In this document: one piece after another, positions 17,301 through 28,800 of the stretch
Layout of the letters: each line of letters opens with the position of its first letter
Position numbering within the stretch: the first letter of the stretch is position 1
Assembly: GCA_051382335.1 (NCBI GenBank)
Contig: JBBCAX010000001.1
Span: 1 to 38,729 of the forward strand
From: Deltaproteobacteria bacterium TL4
GTDB taxonomy: Bacteria; SAR324; NAC60-12
Direction of reading: 5' to 3'
DNA: 38,729 bases
Program-made: the position numbers and the translations under genes
The notes under the pieces: model-generated
What the model saw: the letters and a program-made list of their open reading frames with translations, nothing else
What the model was told of the DNA's origin: nothing
Database searches by the model: none

Positions 17301-18383
17301 CATATTGAACATGCGAAACTGTTACAAGACTTGGAAAATCAAGTTCGGCAACGGACGAGTCAGTTGGAGGAATCGAACGAAATCATACAAAGACAAAACC
17401 AGGTGTTTCAATCGCTCCTGGAAATCAGCGCTTCTCTGCACAAAATGCACGAACTCGAACAATTCCTTTTATATACGCTGAATCAGCTCCATGCTTTGTT
17501 TGATCGGTGGGGCTTTGGCTTGGTGGTCCATGGAGAGCGTCCTGAAATTGTCAGTTTTGTCTCTTTCAAAAAAATAACGGAGCCGGAGCAACAATTGATC
17601 CTGGCGAATGCCGCCAAACTTCTGGAACCTAAGGCCCCCGAAATGTTGACCGAAATAACACAACGAACCTTATTACCGGAAGACCTGTCCCGCGAAGAGA
17701 ACCAGGCCACAAAATGGCTGTTATTACCCATGCGAGGCAGAGAGCACCGCCTGGTTGGGAATTTGCTGATCAAAGGTCCTGAGTTAGATCAACAGTCGAT
17801 TAAAACAATCACCCTGTTTTTAGAACAAGTGGCCGCTGTCGCGGAAAATAAGCTGTTGACGCAAGAGTTGGAAAAAATCGCAAATACCGATGGCTTGACA
17901 GGGGCCTATAATCGTCTTTATTACGATCGGGAACTGGAACGGATTATTCAACAAGTTTGTAATTTCCCCAATATCTACTTTTCGATTCTGCTCATAGATG
18001 TTAATGGGTTAAAACGGGTCAACGATATTTTTGGGCATGGCTACGGGGATGCCATGATTGTGATGGTGGCGAAACTGTTGATGAGTGTTTGCCGTAAAAC
18101 GGATATGGTTGTGAGATTGGGGGGCGATGAGTTTGTGGTCCTCTCGCCTTCAACCGGCTATCAAAACGCGCATCGCTTATTAAAACGCATTCGTGAGAAA
18201 GAAAAGGAGACCTTCATGGAATGTACGCTTGAAAATGGTGAAAAAGAAAGGGTTCCTATTCGTGTGAGCATCGGTCTCGCCAGCTCAGAAGATACGCCTC
18301 CCCTCGAGGTCTCAAAAAAAGCGGACCAACGTATGTACGCTGATAAGGAAGCGTATTATGCCCATCGGGAACGTTATCGTTAA
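14322..18383 (+). CDS. Giant membrane diguanylate cyclase 1: three tandem 7TM-like sensor repeats, GAF-like regions, GGDEF
   Basis: Repeats start at 14352 (FPYALPP), 15150 (YPYGIAP) and 15945 (VPLGIPP); TDGLTG.YNR, DVNGLK.VND.FGH..GD, RKTD-x5-GGDEF. Confidence 0.9.
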   Translation: MEPLFRFDRIFPYALPPVLTALVCLFLALLTIKAGKHNRENKLFTILCLLLLIYNVDFILHILLISKQTALLVSRWSFAPLIFSLPLCVQFIHQVLGLKQRKKLEWFLYGYSVLLLSTTQTNFFISEGYEYYFGHFPKIEWGFILFSGASTLAGIYYVFLLIFAYRRATLHEFKRKIIYIFMGFPVGWGIIGFNFFAYAGFELYPPGTYGFIPLSFLAYGMIQHALLDTSQSFLRKGYWGNLLSYVVLFPLLAATLFLLTSDAVNLHKVSSFIGKLYPYGIAPLLSLLVSMGLSAFCLRKGLRRVNTILFGLICLLWGGLCLERVLGFFILLEYAEITLRFAKTSHFLFVNQLGLFLHFIYITIKHPGRKVVMFFYLVGFLLMMTTQTHFYFQEDMYRYPFGIMPMGNWGVVFLAIFGGMGTLWGSALLAREGLRERDVSRRTQLFFIFVGLVLSAFLFLGNMPSVLGVSLIPLGDFSFIPLIIMAYGIFRHDVLKINIYAKKRFFAVGVKIALITGYGGSLPMILWTVEGLDSSYIFSRIVPLGIPPLLSFLCCLFLSALATKLAQNQKGALLFSLVCILYSWLNLDIFLSVLIMDPQRALQVMRWGQFFFVFIVSLILHFTFIITYQQKRWYLVYTAYFLSGIFAPLSQTDYYFTGLYTYFWGYFPQAGLAFIPLCLYFLVCALYSGWLLIIEYLTTNSRFQKHRIRYILVGFSLITMLTLGDVPGVYGFEIYPLGNFSFLPFLVLAYGLFRQNIRDAMQSVRILVFWTGVLLALWGMSSFIQTIFSPQNTLFQLWSFVLTTLLFYPPIKSSWNAILDLFVRNPTDDFEFQFLRLTDELSQIHHIAELYQTVSRLLIKEFFSSRCALLFFDNNHKNFYGWEIWNKQFGIFERDIDVPEGEHEVTLLPNESLVLLFNIEQTLITQTQLEEGVLERDIPLAITERLLEAEIIQSIFFQDQLTCLILLDAKIDGAPYSKDEAAFLHQLGMVLGPHIEHAKLLQDLENQVRQRTSQLEESNEIIQRQNQVFQSLLEISASLHKMHELEQFLLYTLNQLHALFDRWGFGLVVHGERPEIVSFVSFKKITEPEQQLILANAAKLLEPKAPEMLTEITQRTLLPEDLSREENQATKWLLLPMRGREHRLVGNLLIKGPELDQQSIKTITLFLEQVAAVAENKLLTQELEKIANTDGLTGAYNRLYYDRELERIIQQVCNFPNIYFSILLIDVNGLKRVNDIFGHGYGDAMIVMVAKLLMSVCRKTDMVVRLGGDEFVVLSPSTGYQNAHRLLKRIREKEKETFMECTLENGEKERVPIRVSIGLASSEDTPPLEVSKKADQRMYADKEAYYAHRERYR

Positions 18384-18413
18384 GCTCTAACCGTTTATGA
18401 GAATAGTAGGTTT

Positions 18414-21400
18414 ATGGAATCCATTTTTCGTTTTGATCGCCTTTTTCCTTATGGAATCCCTCCACTGTTAACCGCCTTGGCGTGTTTGTTTATGGTGCTG
18501 TTGACCATTAAATCAGGTCGGCACAACCGGGAAAATAAACTGTTCGCGATCATTTGTCTGATGTTGTTCAGTTACAACGTCGACTTCTTATGCCATATTG
18601 TTTTAGCCTCAAAACAAATCGCCAGTATTATTTCACAGCTCAACTTCATGGTTTTGATTTTCTCCGTTCCCATGAGTGTTCAACTGGTTCATTATCTTCT
18701 GGGGATCAGTCACCGCCGTTGGTTGGAGCGGCTTTTGTATGGGGTGTGTTTTAGCTTATTGCCCGTAACCCAAACGGACTTATTCATTTCTGAGGGGTAC
18801 GATTATTACTTCGGCTCTTTTCCTGAGGCACAAACAGGTTTATATCTGTATCTGGTGCTGGGAACCCTTTCCGGGGCGTATTACCTGGCCTTATTGGTGC
18901 TGGCCTACGGGAACGCGCAACGACGAGAGTTTAAACGAAAAATGTTTTATGTGATCATCGGTTTTCCCGTGGGATGGCTGATGGTCGCGGCAAATATGTT
19001 GACCTACTCCGGTTTCGAAATCTACCCGCCCAGTACTTATGCGTTTGTGCCCTTGTCTTTAATGGCCTACGGGCTTTTACAACATTCCTTATTTGATACA
19101 AGTCAGTCTTTCATCAAAAAGGGCTACCTGGGCAGTCTTTTATCTTACGTGGTCTTTGTGCCCTTAATCATGGCCACCATTTTTGTCATTACTTCCGAGG
19201 CCATTAATTTCCATGATCTGCCAACACTCGTGGAACGTTTATTTTCGCATGCTTTTGCGCCCTTCGTTTCGTTGCTTACCTGCATGGGACTTTCGATTTA
19301 CTGTTTGAGCAAGGGCTTACGTCGTGTCGAAACGATTCTTTTTGGGTTGATCTGTCTCTTATGGGGGCTTCTCAGTTTAGATCGGGTTCTGCTGTTTTTC
19401 ATCCTCCCAGGCTATGAATCCATCGCGGTTCAAATTGTACGGACCAGTCATTTCTTTTTTGTCATGCAATCGGCACTTTATTTACATTTTATTTATCTGA
19501 CCGTACAGCGGACGACCCTGCGGATGGTCTTGCTTTATTACGCTCTGGGCTTTTTATTTATGCCTGTCACTCAAACCCGGTTCTACTTTCAGGAAACGCT
19601 GCTGCACTATGAATTTGGGTTATATCCCCGTGGCTATTGGGGGATTCGTTTGCTTGGGGTTTTTGTGACAATCGCGCTGGTGTGGGGGAGTATTCTGATC
19701 TATCGTGCCTGGAGATCCGAACACGAAAATAACCGTAAAAAACAACTGTATTATATTTTTATCGGTCTGATTGTGAGTGGCCTGCTTAACCTCGGCAGTT
19801 TGCCCGCGGCCTTGGGGATTGAGTTCTATCCTACGGGGTATTTTATTTTCCTGCCCATCTTGATTATGGCTTATGGAATCCTGCGGCATAATGTTTTACA
19901 AATCAATATTTACACCAAGAAACGGATTTTTGCCGAGGCGACAAAACTCGTATTGTTTATTGGTTACGGAGCGCCCATCCCGATTGCCTTCTGGGCGTTG
20001 GAAGGTTTATCGTTGGAGACCCTTCTGAACAAAGCCATTCCGATGGGGATTCCTCCCCTTTTATCTTTTATCAGTTGTCTCTTTTTGTCCATTCTGCTCC
20101 TTCGTTTAGCACAAAATTTAAAGGAAGCGCTGCTGTTCAGTCTCATCAGTCTGGTTTATGGGCTGGTGAATCTGGATCTGTTTTTTAATATGATCGTTCA
20201 AGATCCGCTGGTAGGGTTGCAGATCGTCCGTTGGGATCAAAGTTTTTTCGTTTTCATCGGAGGTTTGGGAACCCATTTTTCTTACACCTTTCTCCAAAAG
20301 AAATCGATTTTACCCTGGGTTTATTTGACTTATGCGCTCGGCCTGATTTCACTCCCTTTCATCCACACACCTTACTATTTTAAAGGAACGTACACCTATT
20401 ACTGGGGATACTTTCCCCAAAGCGGAATCCTCTTTGATCTTATTTGTTTCATCTGGTTTAGCGGTTCCGCGTTCATCATCTATATGATTTTCCAAGCGTA
20501 TAAATCGACGGTGGATTTTTTTCAAAAACAGCGCATCCGCGTTCTATTTTCAGGTTTTCTTTTTGCGACGGTTTTAACCGTAGGGGATTTCCCCGCACTG
20601 CACGGAATTGAGCTTTATCCTCTGGGAGCGTTTATTTTCATCCCTGTAACCTTCATCATCTACAGTTTATTTCAGCAGAATCCTCGGGAATCTTTAAAGA
20701 TCCTGCGAGTTGTTATCTTTTGGGTGGGTGTTCTGCTGGCGCTTTGGAGTGCCGCTATTCTGGCTGAAAATGCCTTGGTGCTTGATAGTTTCACGCTGAG
20801 GCAGTGTTTAGCCATCGTGCTGACGTTAAGCTTGTATTCCGTGGTTAAGAATAGTTGGAATACGATCATTGATTTGTTCATTCGTAATCCGGAAGATGAT
20901 TTCCGTTATAAGTTTTATCGACTCACCGACCGTTTGTCTCAAGTTCGTAATTTATTTGAACTCCATAAAACCTTAAGCTCTTTAATCATCAATGAATTTT
21001 ATTGTATCCGCTATGGGATTCTGTTTTATTTCACAGAGCGGCGGAAGTTTGAAGGCTGGGAAATTTGGAATCAACGCCTCGGGGTTTTCAGTGAAGAGAA
21101 GGAGGATAAACATCCTCTGGGGAACGCCAAAATGTTGTATGAGGCTGAGCCCTTTATTTTTAAAACCTTCAGCATGGATACGCCCCTGGTGCCTCAAAAA
21201 CGATTTGAAGAAGCACTCCTTGAGCAAAAAGTTAACTCTCCTCTCGCTCAGCGTTTATTGCAGGCGGAGCTCCTGCAGTCTGTTTTCTTTCAGGAGCAAC
21301 TGACCTGCCTCCTGTTGCTGGATCCTAAAATTGATAATTCGCCTTATACGCCTGATGAAAAAAAAATTCTCAGTCAATTGGGCTTGATCCTGGGGCCCCA

Positions 21401-22478
21401 CATCGAGCACGCGAAACTGTTGTATGGGTTGGAACAGCAAGTTCAGCAACGAACTCATGAACTCAGTGCGTCGAATGATATTGTTGGACGGCAAAATCAG
21501 ATTTTCCGTTCCTTGCTTGAAACCAGTGCGTCCATGCATAAGATGCATGAATTGGAGCAATTCTTTCTGTATACCCTGAATCAACTGCAAACGCTTTTTT
21601 CCCATTGGGGCTTTGGTTTAATCATTCATGGAGAACGCGCGGAAATCGTACAGTTCGTCGCGTTCCAGGGAATTCCGGAAGCAGAACAGCAATTAATCTT
21701 AAAAAACGCGGCCAAGCTTTTGGACGAAAATGTGGAGCGCATGTTGAGTGACCTGCTGGCTCCGGACAATTCGCGTTTTATAAGGAAACGCGATGACGCG
21801 ATGCAAAAGTGGCTCTTGCTGCCGATGAATGGCCGCGAAAAAAGAATTGTGGGCAACTTGTTGATTAAAGGCCCCAAACTGGATCAATTATCCATCAAAA
21901 CGATTACTTTATTCCTGGAACAAGTCACCTCTGTCGCGGAAAATAAACTATTGACACAAGAATTGGAAAAACTGGCCAATACCGATGGATTGACCGGTAC
22001 CTATAACCGAACCTATTACATGACCGCCTTGCAGCGCATTATTCTGCAAGCGGAACATTATTCGGAGATGTATTTTTCAACACTCATGATTGATGTCAAT
22101 GGACTGAAAAAAGTGAACGATGTGTTTGGACATGAAGCTGGGGATGTGATGATTATAAAAGTCGCGGAACTCCTGAGGGAAGTTTGCCGTAAATCGGATA
22201 TCATCGTGCGTCTGGGAGGGGATGAGTTTGTCATTCTTTCACCGTCCACCGGATATCAGAGCGGACGGAAACTTTTAGAGCGCATACGAGAGCGTGAAAA
22301 ACACACCTTCCTTGAGTGTCCTCATAAAAATGGACAGGTTGAAACCCTTCCCGTTCATCTGAGTATCGGGCTTGCGAGCTCCGAAGATACGCCTCCCAAA
22401 GAAGTCATCAAGAAGGCCGATCATCTTATGTATCAGGACAAAGAAGCTTATTATACCACTCATGAACGCTATCGCTGA
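18414..22478 (+). CDS. Giant membrane diguanylate cyclase 2, full-length paralogue of the upstream gene
   Basis: Colinear with 14322-18383 (1354 vs 1353 aa); repeats at 18444, 19242 and 20037; RKSD-x5-GGDEF. Confidence 0.9.
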   Translation: MESIFRFDRLFPYGIPPLLTALACLFMVLLTIKSGRHNRENKLFAIICLMLFSYNVDFLCHIVLASKQIASIISQLNFMVLIFSVPMSVQLVHYLLGISHRRWLERLLYGVCFSLLPVTQTDLFISEGYDYYFGSFPEAQTGLYLYLVLGTLSGAYYLALLVLAYGNAQRREFKRKMFYVIIGFPVGWLMVAANMLTYSGFEIYPPSTYAFVPLSLMAYGLLQHSLFDTSQSFIKKGYLGSLLSYVVFVPLIMATIFVITSEAINFHDLPTLVERLFSHAFAPFVSLLTCMGLSIYCLSKGLRRVETILFGLICLLWGLLSLDRVLLFFILPGYESIAVQIVRTSHFFFVMQSALYLHFIYLTVQRTTLRMVLLYYALGFLFMPVTQTRFYFQETLLHYEFGLYPRGYWGIRLLGVFVTIALVWGSILIYRAWRSEHENNRKKQLYYIFIGLIVSGLLNLGSLPAALGIEFYPTGYFIFLPILIMAYGILRHNVLQINIYTKKRIFAEATKLVLFIGYGAPIPIAFWALEGLSLETLLNKAIPMGIPPLLSFISCLFLSILLLRLAQNLKEALLFSLISLVYGLVNLDLFFNMIVQDPLVGLQIVRWDQSFFVFIGGLGTHFSYTFLQKKSILPWVYLTYALGLISLPFIHTPYYFKGTYTYYWGYFPQSGILFDLICFIWFSGSAFIIYMIFQAYKSTVDFFQKQRIRVLFSGFLFATVLTVGDFPALHGIELYPLGAFIFIPVTFIIYSLFQQNPRESLKILRVVIFWVGVLLALWSAAILAENALVLDSFTLRQCLAIVLTLSLYSVVKNSWNTIIDLFIRNPEDDFRYKFYRLTDRLSQVRNLFELHKTLSSLIINEFYCIRYGILFYFTERRKFEGWEIWNQRLGVFSEEKEDKHPLGNAKMLYEAEPFIFKTFSMDTPLVPQKRFEEALLEQKVNSPLAQRLLQAELLQSVFFQEQLTCLLLLDPKIDNSPYTPDEKKILSQLGLILGPHIEHAKLLYGLEQQVQQRTHELSASNDIVGRQNQIFRSLLETSASMHKMHELEQFFLYTLNQLQTLFSHWGFGLIIHGERAEIVQFVAFQGIPEAEQQLILKNAAKLLDENVERMLSDLLAPDNSRFIRKRDDAMQKWLLLPMNGREKRIVGNLLIKGPKLDQLSIKTITLFLEQVTSVAENKLLTQELEKLANTDGLTGTYNRTYYMTALQRIILQAEHYSEMYFSTLMIDVNGLKKVNDVFGHEAGDVMIIKVAELLREVCRKSDIIVRLGGDEFVILSPSTGYQSGRKLLERIREREKHTFLECPHKNGQVETLPVHLSIGLASSEDTPPKEVIKKADHLMYQDKEAYYTTHERYR

Positions 22479-22527
22479 CGGCATGTCGGGATCGGCTCCG
22501 TGAAGTGGGCCCAAAACACACAAAATC

Positions 22528-22650
22528 GGGCTTGGGTCTAACTTCGGCCAGGGGTAGCCTCGGGTTTCGCCCCGAGGAACAATGTGTGCGGTATCCCCTG
22601 GGACGAAACCCAGGGCTACCATCAAAATGGCCGAACTTACGACCAAGCCC
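22528..22650. mobile_element. MITE family B with 8-bp target duplication, containing a GTAG-REP inverted doublet
   Basis: Imperfect 23-bp TIRs GGGCTTGG...TTCGGCCA; ACAAAATC directly repeated at 22520-22527 and 22651-22658; internal GTAG+hairpin units at 22553-22577 and 22595-22620 in inverted orientation. Confidence 0.85.
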
Positions 22651-22851
22651 ACAAAATCAAATTTATAATCTTGATTACAAAGGATTTGCGGTGAAATGAG
22701 GAACTTTTTTACTCATTTCGAGTGGTTTGTTTAAATATTTCTTGTGTGTTCTTTTGCCCGGGAATATAAAGGCCCCCAAGTAGAATTAGAGAAATAATTC
22801 ATGGCACTTCATCGTAGTCATCATAAAACAAACGAGTCCAAGGGGGAATTT

Positions 22852-25800
22852 ATGCTTAACATTCCAGGTTATCAGATATCAGGTCAGATCCATCAAGATT
22901 CCTCGAAAATACTTTATAGGGGTGTCTATAACGATAAGAACGTTGTTCTTAAAGTCTTGAGACATCTTTCTGCGGTACAGGCCTTGAACCGTTTGACTCA
23001 TGAGTTTGAACTTCTGACGCACCTGAGTGAACTGGCCCCTGTCATCACTCCTTTAGCCTTGGAAAAAAAGGGAAGTGAACCCGCGCTGGTTTGGGAAGAC
23101 TGGGGGGGGCATTCTCTTAAGGCCGTAGTTCGCTCTCAGCTTAGCGACATTCAACAGGATGATTTTTTCTTACTGACCAAAGACAACAGCCTCAGCATTA
23201 ACCTGCAAATGGTCTTGGAAATTGCCATTCAACTCGCGAAGAATTTGGAGATGATTCATCAATCGGAAGTGATTCATCAGGGCATCAATCCCCACAATAT
23301 TTTTTACAATCATCTCACACAACAAGCGTATTTCATCGACTTCAGTCAAGCCTGCCTGACTTCCAAAGAACCGTCGAGCTTGGTAAATTTTGATTGGAGC
23401 GAGGAATGTTTAGCCACCATGTCTCCTGAACAAACGGGGCGAATGAATCGGTCTGTAGATTACCGAACCGATATCTACTCCTTTGGTATGATCCTCTATG
23501 AGTTGCTGGTAGGGACACCCGCCTTTCAAGCAACGACGCCCATTGAGTGGTTTCATCAGCATCTCGCTAAAACACCTCGGGCTCCGCATGAACACGATGC
23601 CTCCATCCCCTTGTTTGTGTCTGCGATTGTGATGAAGTGTCTCTCGAAAACCCTGGAAGACCGCTATCAGAGCGCTTATGGCCTCAGAGTTGATTTGGAA
23701 GACTGTCTGACTCAGTGGAAAAATCAAACCTTAAAGGAGCCGTTGACCCCCGGGCAGCACGATCGCTCCAGTCGCTTTGAAGTTTCTAAAAAAGTCTATG
23801 GCCGTCAGAAAGAAAGAATCCAGTTAATATCCGCCTTCGAACGGGCAAGTCGTGGAGGAACGGAAATTTTACTCATCAACGGAAATCCAGGGATCGGCAA
23901 ATCAACCTTGGTTTATGAAATCAATAAAACTATTTTACAAAGACAAGCCTATTTTACGACGGGGACGTGTGCCCTGTTACATCAACATTCCCCTTACTAT
24001 GTTTTAAGACAAGCGTTACAAAGACTGGTGCAGCAACTCTTGATGGAAGAACCGCAACAGCTTTCCCTGTGGCGAGAAAAGATCCTTGACGCAATTAGTC
24101 CTCATGCGCCCTTGATGCTTGAGATGATTCCCGCTTTGGAATTAATTATTGGTCCACAACTCAGAGGAACCACAGTTTCTGTTGAGAATGCCCCTAATCC
24201 TCTGCCCTGGGTTCTTCATCATTTTTTCAAAGCCCTTACATCTCATAAACATCCCTTGGTGCTCTGTTTAGAGAATCTGCAATGGGTGGATTCCGCTTCA
24301 ATCCAATTCATCGAGGAACTCTGCCTTGAGAACTTACCCTGCTTCCTGATTATTGGGGTTTATCGGGAAAATGAGGTGGGGATAGCCCATCCCCTGTTGA
24401 TTGCGTTTAATGAGGTATTGAGTCAGGGCGGCAGTCTAAAAACCATTCGACTTTCCTCCTTACAATTACCAGAAATTCAACAACTCTTGATGGATACGTT
24501 TCAGTGTTCCGCAAACGAGGTTTTGTCTCTGGCAGAGTTATGTTTGGAAAAAACCAATGGAAATCCTCTTTTCTTGAATCAATTTCTGCAATTACTCCAT
24601 GCTGAAAAAATGATTACCTTCAGTGGCGAACGGTGGTTATGGACTTTGGATGAAATTAAAAATTTGGAAGTCACCAACAATGTCATTCAGTTGATGATTG
24701 ACAAAGTCCATAAGTTTTCTCTGACTACTCAAAAAACTCTGCAATTTGCGGCCTGTATCGGAATGCAGTTTGATTTAAATACCCTGGCGATTGTGAGTGA
24801 GCAAAGTCAACAGCAAACAGCGATGGCTCTTTGGAAAGGCGTTAAAGAAGGGCTCCTTGTTCCGCGGGACACGGGGTATCGTTCTTTGGAAGCGAACCCG
24901 GAGCACTCGGTTGCGTACCACTTCCTTCACGATCAGATCCAGCAGGCGATCTATTCCATGGTGGAAGAAGGGCATCCTCAAAAGATACATAAGGCGATTG
25001 GTCAACTTTTACTTTCGACACTCAACGAAAAGCAACGTGAAGAGCAGTTATTTGATATTGTCCACCATCTAAACCAGGGCACGGCCTTTTTAAAAGCACC
25101 TCAGGAAAAAAAGCAATTAGCCGAATTAAATCTGGCGGCCGCAGAGCGATCCCTGTCCGCGGGAGCGTATGAGTCCGCCTATCGTTTTTTGAAACTGGGA
25201 ATTGTCTTATTGAACGAGCAAAGTTGGCAAGAGGACTATGCCCTGTGTTTGGACTATTATTTAAAAGGGGTACGAGCCGCGTCTTTAATAAATAATGAGC
25301 CGCAAAGGGAGCAATGGTCCACTGAGGCCTTGAGACATATTACGAATTTGTTAGATCAGATCGCGTTTTATGAAATACAAATTCAATCCCTCATTGCCAG
25401 AAATCAATTCAATCAAGCGCTGGAGACAACCTTGACGACGCTTTCTCTTCTGGGTGTCCCTTTTTCCAACCCACCTTCACCGTGGGATATCTTTGGGAGT
25501 TTGTTAAAAACAAAATGGATGTTTAAATGGAAATCCCTGACGCAGTTTGAAACCTTACCCCAAATGGAAGACCCGCATCAATTGGCAATTATGAAAATTT
25601 TATCCAGTGCGGTCAATTTAAGCTTTATGACAGTACCGGCGTTGTATGTTTTGTTTACTTTGAAGATGATTGAACTCTCCTGGAAATACGGAAACGCCCC
25701 TTCCACCGCCTACGGTTATGCCTGTTACGGGATGGCGCTTTGCGGATTTCAGGAGGATCCCCAAACAGGTCAGTCCTGGGGACAACTGGCCTTAAAAATG

Positions 25801-28800
25801 TTGGAAAAATCGGCTCCTAATGAATTCGCGTCCAAAATCATTTTTACCTATCATGCCTTCATTTCCCATTGGGGGCAGTCTCTAAAAGCAAGCTGTGACG
25901 GACTGTTGTCAGGGCACAAACCGGGGCTGGATTCAGGGGATTTGGCCTATGCCTCCTTATCCGCGTTTAGTTATTGTGCCTATCACTTTTTGTCAGGAGA
26001 AAAACTTTCAATCCTGGAGCAGGAAATGCTTCATTACCACCAAGTGCTTTCAAAGTTGAAACAAGAACAAACCTTGGTGCTGATGCGTTTATTTATGCAA
26101 ACGGTCTCCAATCTAAAAAGCCTGGAGGGCAAACCTCAGCACTTACAAGGCCCTTGGTATCATGAAAACAAAATGGTCCCCTTACAACTGAAACAGAATG
26201 ACCAGCATGGGTTGAGCAGTTACCATTGTCTGATGACCTTTCTCTGCTATCTTTTTCAACAACCGCGTGAGGCTTTGGAATATGCCAATCTGGCAAGTCC
26301 ACACCTTGACAGTCTCTCAGGAACCGCGGTTGTTCCCCTGTATTACCTCTATGACTCCTTATCCCGCTTGGCGCTCTATCCGGAACTGTCCGCTCTTGAA
26401 AGACAGCAGGCCTTAATGAAAGTAAAATGGAATCAAAAAAAGCTTAAAAAATGGTATAAGCTTAATTCTGATAATTTCGCACAGAAATATTATCTGGTTG
26501 AGGCGGAACAAAAAAGAGTTTTAGGTCGGAGGCCAGAGGCCAGAACGGCCTACGATCTGGCCATCAATCACGCCCATTACAATGGGTACCTGAATGATGA
26601 AGCGTTGGCCTACGAGCTGGCGGGACAATTCTTTTTGTCGCAAAACAACCGCCCTCTTGCCCAAACCTATCTTCAACAGGCGTATCACACCTATTCGCTC
26701 TGGGAAGCCTGGGCCAAGGTCAAACACTTGGAAGCTCAATACCCTGATTTTGCGTTTCAGAACAGTTACGCTGCCTCAAATAACCCGTCATTGGAGCCAA
26801 GGGTTCCTCATCAAATAGTGGATCTCGCTAGTGTTATTAAGGCGTCTCAGGCGATTTCAGAACAGATTGAAACGGGCGAGTTGTTGGCACACATGCTCCC
26901 TATCGTGATCGAAAACGCGGGGGCACAAAGAGGTGTCTTTGTGCTGATTGAAAATAACCAGCCTGTGATGCAAGCTTATGGCTCAAACCTGGATGATATT
27001 GAGGTGATCCATACTCAAAATCTGGAGTCGGACACGCCTCTCTCCCCCTCGCTCATCCCGCTTTCAATCGTTAATCTTGTTTCCAGAACACGGGAACCGG
27101 TTATTGTCGATGATGTGAGCCAGGAAGCGGCATATTATCATACCGATACTTACTTCATCCATCATCAAACCAAGTCTGTTTTATGTGCTCCGGTTCTTCA
27201 TCACAATAAATTGAGAGGCCTCCTCTATCTGGAAAGTAATGTTCGCTCTGTCTTCACTTCGGAACGAGGCGATATGCTTCAGTTTTTATTGGGACAGGTC
27301 GCGATTTCCCTGGATAACGCAAATCTTTACACCAACGTCAAAGACTCTTTAAAACGTTTGCAGCAAGAAATTGAACATCGTCAAAACGCTGAGAAAAGAG
27401 TCCGAGAAGGTCAGGCGCTGTATCAGATGCTGGTTGAAAACATGAGTGAGGGGCTGGGGCTTCAGAATGAAGAGGGGCTTGTTACCTATGTCAACGATAA
27501 ACTCTGCGCCATTACCGGATACTCCCGTGAACAGATCGTGGGGTTTCCGATGTCTCAGCTCTTGAGTCCTGGTTCTAATCAGACGGTGAGTTCACGGAAA
27601 ATTGAGGCAGACCCTGGAAAATCCAACCGTTTCGAAATGGTAAGCGCTCATAGAAACGGGGGCAACCTCGAAATTCTTGTTTCGACATCTCCGATCTATG
27701 ATGATCAAAAAAAGGTGATCGGCTCGCTGGCGGTGATTACGGATATTACGGAACGAAAGAAACTTGAAAAACAATTAGTTCAATCCCAAAAAATGGAGGC
27801 AATCGGTACGCTTTCAGGAGGAATTGCCCATGATTTCAATAATATTCTGGGAACCATGATGGGCTTTGCGGAAGTTCTTAAAGAACGGTTTACTGAAGAT
27901 ACGATCGAGTATCAATTGCTGCATAAAATTGATCAGGCCGGAGCAAGAGGTGCCGACTTAGTGAAGCAACTCTTAACCTTCAGTCGTCGCAATCAAACAA
28001 AATTACAACCGTTGAATGTCCTTCCAATCGTCAAAGAAACCTTGAAGATGCTTCATGAAACCATTCCTTCAACAGTTGAAATCAAAACCATTATACCTCC
28101 CCAGTGTCCTGAAATTTTTGCGGATCTCACTCAATTTCAACAGATCCTCATCAATTTATGTATGAACGCCGTACAAGCGATGGAGAAACAGGGAGGGTGT
28201 TTGACGGTTCAACTGGAAACGGTTGAAAATTCTGAGGTTAGTAGCGCCGCCAATTCAACAGCAAACGACTGTTTGAAACTCATCGTGCAGGATTCTGTTT
28301 ATGGAAAACATCCTGCTGATCGTGAATTTGAGGCTATCCCTCAACGCTCTCTTCTCGACGGAAATAAAGGAATTGGCTTAGCCATTGTTCATGGAATTGT
28401 AGAACAGCATCATGGGGAAATGGTTGTCGAAAGTGAGATTGGAAAAGGAACAACCATCAGTATTCTCTTTCCTGGTGTAGACCGTTCTTCAGCGTCTGAG
28501 GTTGAGCTTTCCTCAAGAGAACTCCCTCAGGGAGGAGGGCATATTTTGATTATTGACGATGAGCCTGATTTTCTCAATTATTTGAAACAGGCCTTGACGG
28601 GAAAAGGGTATCAAGTCACGGATCATCGTGATTGTTTGCAATGTATTGATGATTTTCGTAAACACCCAGAGGTCTTTGACTTAATCATTACCGATTTGAC
28701 CATGCCGCTTATGGATGGGGTTCAACTGAGCAAAGAACTGAAATCAATCCGCGGGGATATTCCCATTATTCTAACCACAGGGTTTGATACCCTTTACAGT

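Noticed and set aside
22275..22699. Short ORFs on both strands across the DGC2-kinase gap
   Set aside because: They read through MITE B palindromes; artefacts of the repeat
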